Source: Chloroflexota bacterium (lineage in GTDB: Bacteria > Chloroflexota > Anaerolineae > JAAEKA01). From it: a DNA stretch of 64,000 nucleotides. The translations under genes and the position numbers were made by a program. Shown here piece by piece: positions 63,101 to 64,000 of the stretch. The stretch's first letter is position 1, and each line of letters opens with the position of its first letter. The notes below the pieces were generated by a model, which saw nothing but the letters and a program-made list of their open reading frames with translations, was not told the origin of the DNA and did not search any database. Where the stretch lies: assembly GCA_034717495.1 (NCBI GenBank), contig JAYELL010000101.1, positions 10,622 through 74,621 of the forward strand, written 5' to 3'.

Positions 63101-63489
63101 CAGGCAATGAAGGAGAATTCACGGCAGTAGGGCACAATCTATCCGGCGATCCCTTGCTCTATTTGATCAGCCCCGAGAGCTGCATCGAGGGAGATCTGGA
63201 TTGCGATGGCGATATCGATATCGTCGACGTGCAAAGGGTAGCCGCAGTTTGGAACAGCACCGCATGGCAACCTGGATTCAATCCCCGAGCCGATCTGGTG
63301 AGGGATGGCCGGATCACTGTGGAGGATATGGCTGCCATCAGTGCTCTCTGGCAGACGACTTTCAGAAGACCGCAGACGACTTTCAGAAGACCGCAGACGA
63401 CTTTCAGAAGACCGCAGACGACTTTCAGAAGACCGCAGACGACGGACGGCAGACCGCTTCCAGAGGACGGCGACACGGTGACACGGTGA
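60193..63489 (+). CDS. secreted peptidase C25 (gingipain-like) family protein with C-terminal dockerin-like segment and TTFRRPQ x4 repeats
   Basis: Signal peptide MFKRVVLILIVLGLLLS. Catalytic-region motifs HFSGHGSIGTW and ISSCTNGYF (His/Cys dyad pattern of C25). Ca-binding-like DLDCDGDIDIVD. Four 21-bp tandem repeats encode TTFRRPQ. Confidence 0.7.
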   Translation: MYMFKRVVLILIVLGLLLSESMTGASRVAANTFKGDPSSALISNGTDPLRLYHDSNGITLELRLPDYHITEIQREGETFHQIVVASEDWVQSNTPGAPQIPERNLLLAVPATGNIALEVLDAQWQEVAGTFHLQSAAQYGLDAAGDQEEQSLKATWDLDPAIYNQSRWTPQKSAEITREGHWRGFRYAGLALRPFQFNPVEGKVRALSTLTVRLSFSMPQPFEIDEPAADPLFDPILAATFANFDQALQWRSQTVSPISVPGIHRGSGAGGPWVKIMVDSDGLYRVTYGDLVDAGISNLTLDSLNPQTFRLYDDSLEQDISVLGQGDASFDPVDEILFYGGRNREKLSSDDNVYWLTWDGQAGHRMLEVSGTPQSAAPANTLLTTLHVEDNTLYKQQRPFIGWLEPMVYDHWYWQHVEISKTISMDNLAVDTSSPLSATLSVWMAGDRRDAGNYIVDFEVNGQDAGSMAWSSTKVLTGTHAIPVGSLTDGSNDLWLAPRILGFPAWEYTVWLDWVKLTYPYDGRYLPGSPFGNPTPGTWLYQLTDVPESAPWILNLASADQPQKILGAQAVPADSGFTLSWQVTSAAEDRFLVVPPAEIRSPGDIQVYSDAGLLNPDQQVDYLMISHGDLIGSAQPLADQHSASGLSVALIDVQAIYDIFSDGSVSAEAIRDFLGYAYDNYQWPPPAAALLIGDGTVDFRGYQFASYGHANLIPPYMGGFDFWGGATPSDNAYVWLEGDDVLGEMLISRLPVNNPAQANVVVDKILNYPSSFPAGRALSTFWVADNPDSENPLHGTQFHLASEETLAELAPEFQVDRAYFCDPAVNTCTGDSWIYTDVPTIRTAIQEGISEGHAFLHFSGHGSIGTWAVEAIFRKGYVSQLSNGDALPFMLISSCTNGYFADARWDGLDETMLRTEDKGTVGGFAGTTFDTLTPQTAVSKYFLRAVMNDGITQPGPASAVARAKTYVQFPGNEGEFTAVGHNLSGDPLLYLISPESCIEGDLDCDGDIDIVDVQRVAAVWNSTAWQPGFNPRADLVRDGRITVEDMAAISALWQTTFRRPQTTFRRPQTTFRRPQTTFRRPQTTDGRPLPEDGDTVTR

Positions 63490-63607
63490 CACGGCGACAC
63501 GGGGACACGGAGACACGGCGACACGGTGACACGGCGACACGGCGACACGGCGACACGGAGACACGGAGACACGGTGACACGGCGACACGGTGACACGGTG
63601 ACACGGC
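63472..63607 (+). repeat. octanucleotide tandem array (GACACGGN) x17 that starts 15 nt before the C25 peptidase stop codon (63487-63489) and spans it
   Basis: Direct count of 17 units with period 8 and a variable 8th base. Flanked by ~47-bp direct repeats (63426-63472 and 63617-63664). Confidence 0.9.
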
Positions 63608-63679
63608 GGTCAGATTCCAGAAGACCGCAGACGACGGACGGCAGACCGCTTCCAGAGGACGGCGGTCAGAGGGAATAAG

Positions 63680-64000
63680 GTGAAGGTTGCAATTCTCGGC
63701 AGGTACCCGGTAAACGGCCGTCGCGTAGCTGGTGGACCAGACGCTGTGGTGTCACAGCTGGCCAGTGGACTACAACAAATGGCGGACGTGGAAGTCCATG
63801 TCGTTACGCTTTCCAGCCAGGTGCCGGAAGATGCGTTTTTTGAGCGGGATGGCATATGGGTCCATTCGATCCGGCCACGCCGGCTACCTCGCTGGACCAT
63901 GCTTCGGCTAAATGCCCGCGCGCTGGAGCAGGCGCTGAAGGCTATTGCCCCTGATGTCGTTCATGCTCACGATGCAGGGACATATGCCGATGCGGCCCTC
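63680..64000 (+). CDS. glycosyltransferase family 4 (N-terminal domain), 3' truncated by window edge
   Basis: GTG start. MKVAILGRYPVNGRRVAGGPDAVVSQLASGL...VHAHDAGTYA is the typical GT4 N-terminal (Glyco_trans_4) pattern. Confidence 0.65.
   Translation, partial: MKVAILGRYPVNGRRVAGGPDAVVSQLASGLQQMADVEVHVVTLSSQVPEDAFFERDGIWVHSIRPRRLPRWTMLRLNARALEQALKAIAPDVVHAHDAGTYADAAL

Noticed and set aside
63139-63596. Minus-strand ORFs encoding VSPCRRVAVSPCHRVAV... and plus-strand ORF 63201-63593
   Set aside because: These are translations of the octanucleotide and 21-bp tandem repeats in alternative frames, not independent genes.
63340-63670. Possible CRISPR array
   Set aside because: The repeat units are 8 bp and 21 bp with no spacers of 25-40 bp. 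There are no cas genes. This is a simple-sequence array, not CRISPR.

Overview
This high-GC (~58-60%) bacterial chromosomal window is mostly housekeeping genes. On gene content and 16S features it is tentatively from a Chloroflexota-like lineage; that placement is inference only.

The core content is a Fe-S assembly gene tail (SufU, Rieske ferredoxin, DUF59), a PfkB kinase, dnaX-ybaB-recR, and a complete rRNA operon (16S, tRNA-Ile(GAT), 23S, 5S) driven by three tandem consensus promoters. Downstream come glmU, a CorC/HlyC transporter, cdd, recO, a fused glyQS, secA, a 1543-aa multi-GAF/PAS histidine kinase, an AAA-ATPase/winged-helix regulator, a PspA module, orphan hutU, 2-oxoacid:ferredoxin oxidoreductase korAB, and a long minus-strand block. 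That block comprises a GT39 glycosyltransferase, a radical SAM/TPR/AEC transporter set, HEAT proteins, a zinc-ribbon/LysM protein, RseP, isopentenyl phosphate kinase, a DUF126 protein and selA. The window ends with tRNA-Val(TAC), an SRAP peptidase, an S2P protease, a YprA/MrfA-like DUF1998 helicase coupled to a membrane-fused spermidine-synthase-like protein, a secreted C25 (gingipain-like) peptidase and a partial GT4 glycosyltransferase. There is no CRISPR array, transposase or integrase.

The most unusual structures are:
- A 2.25-kb gene for a ~14-blade tandem-repeat secreted protein that is exactly bracketed by a 30-bp perfect inverted repeat. This repeat belongs to a ~44-bp repeat element family and supplies the gene's last codons and its stop.
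- A 17-unit octanucleotide (GACACGGN) array that starts 15 nt before the stop codon of the C25 peptidase gene and spans it, flanked by ~47-bp direct repeats and preceded by four 21-bp coding repeats.
- A selA-DUF126-isopentenyl-phosphate-kinase operon whose selA ORF, as drawn in the six-frame track, runs across a tRNA-Val gene.
- A giant histidine kinase paired with a receiver-less ATPase-wHTH regulator and a PspA module.
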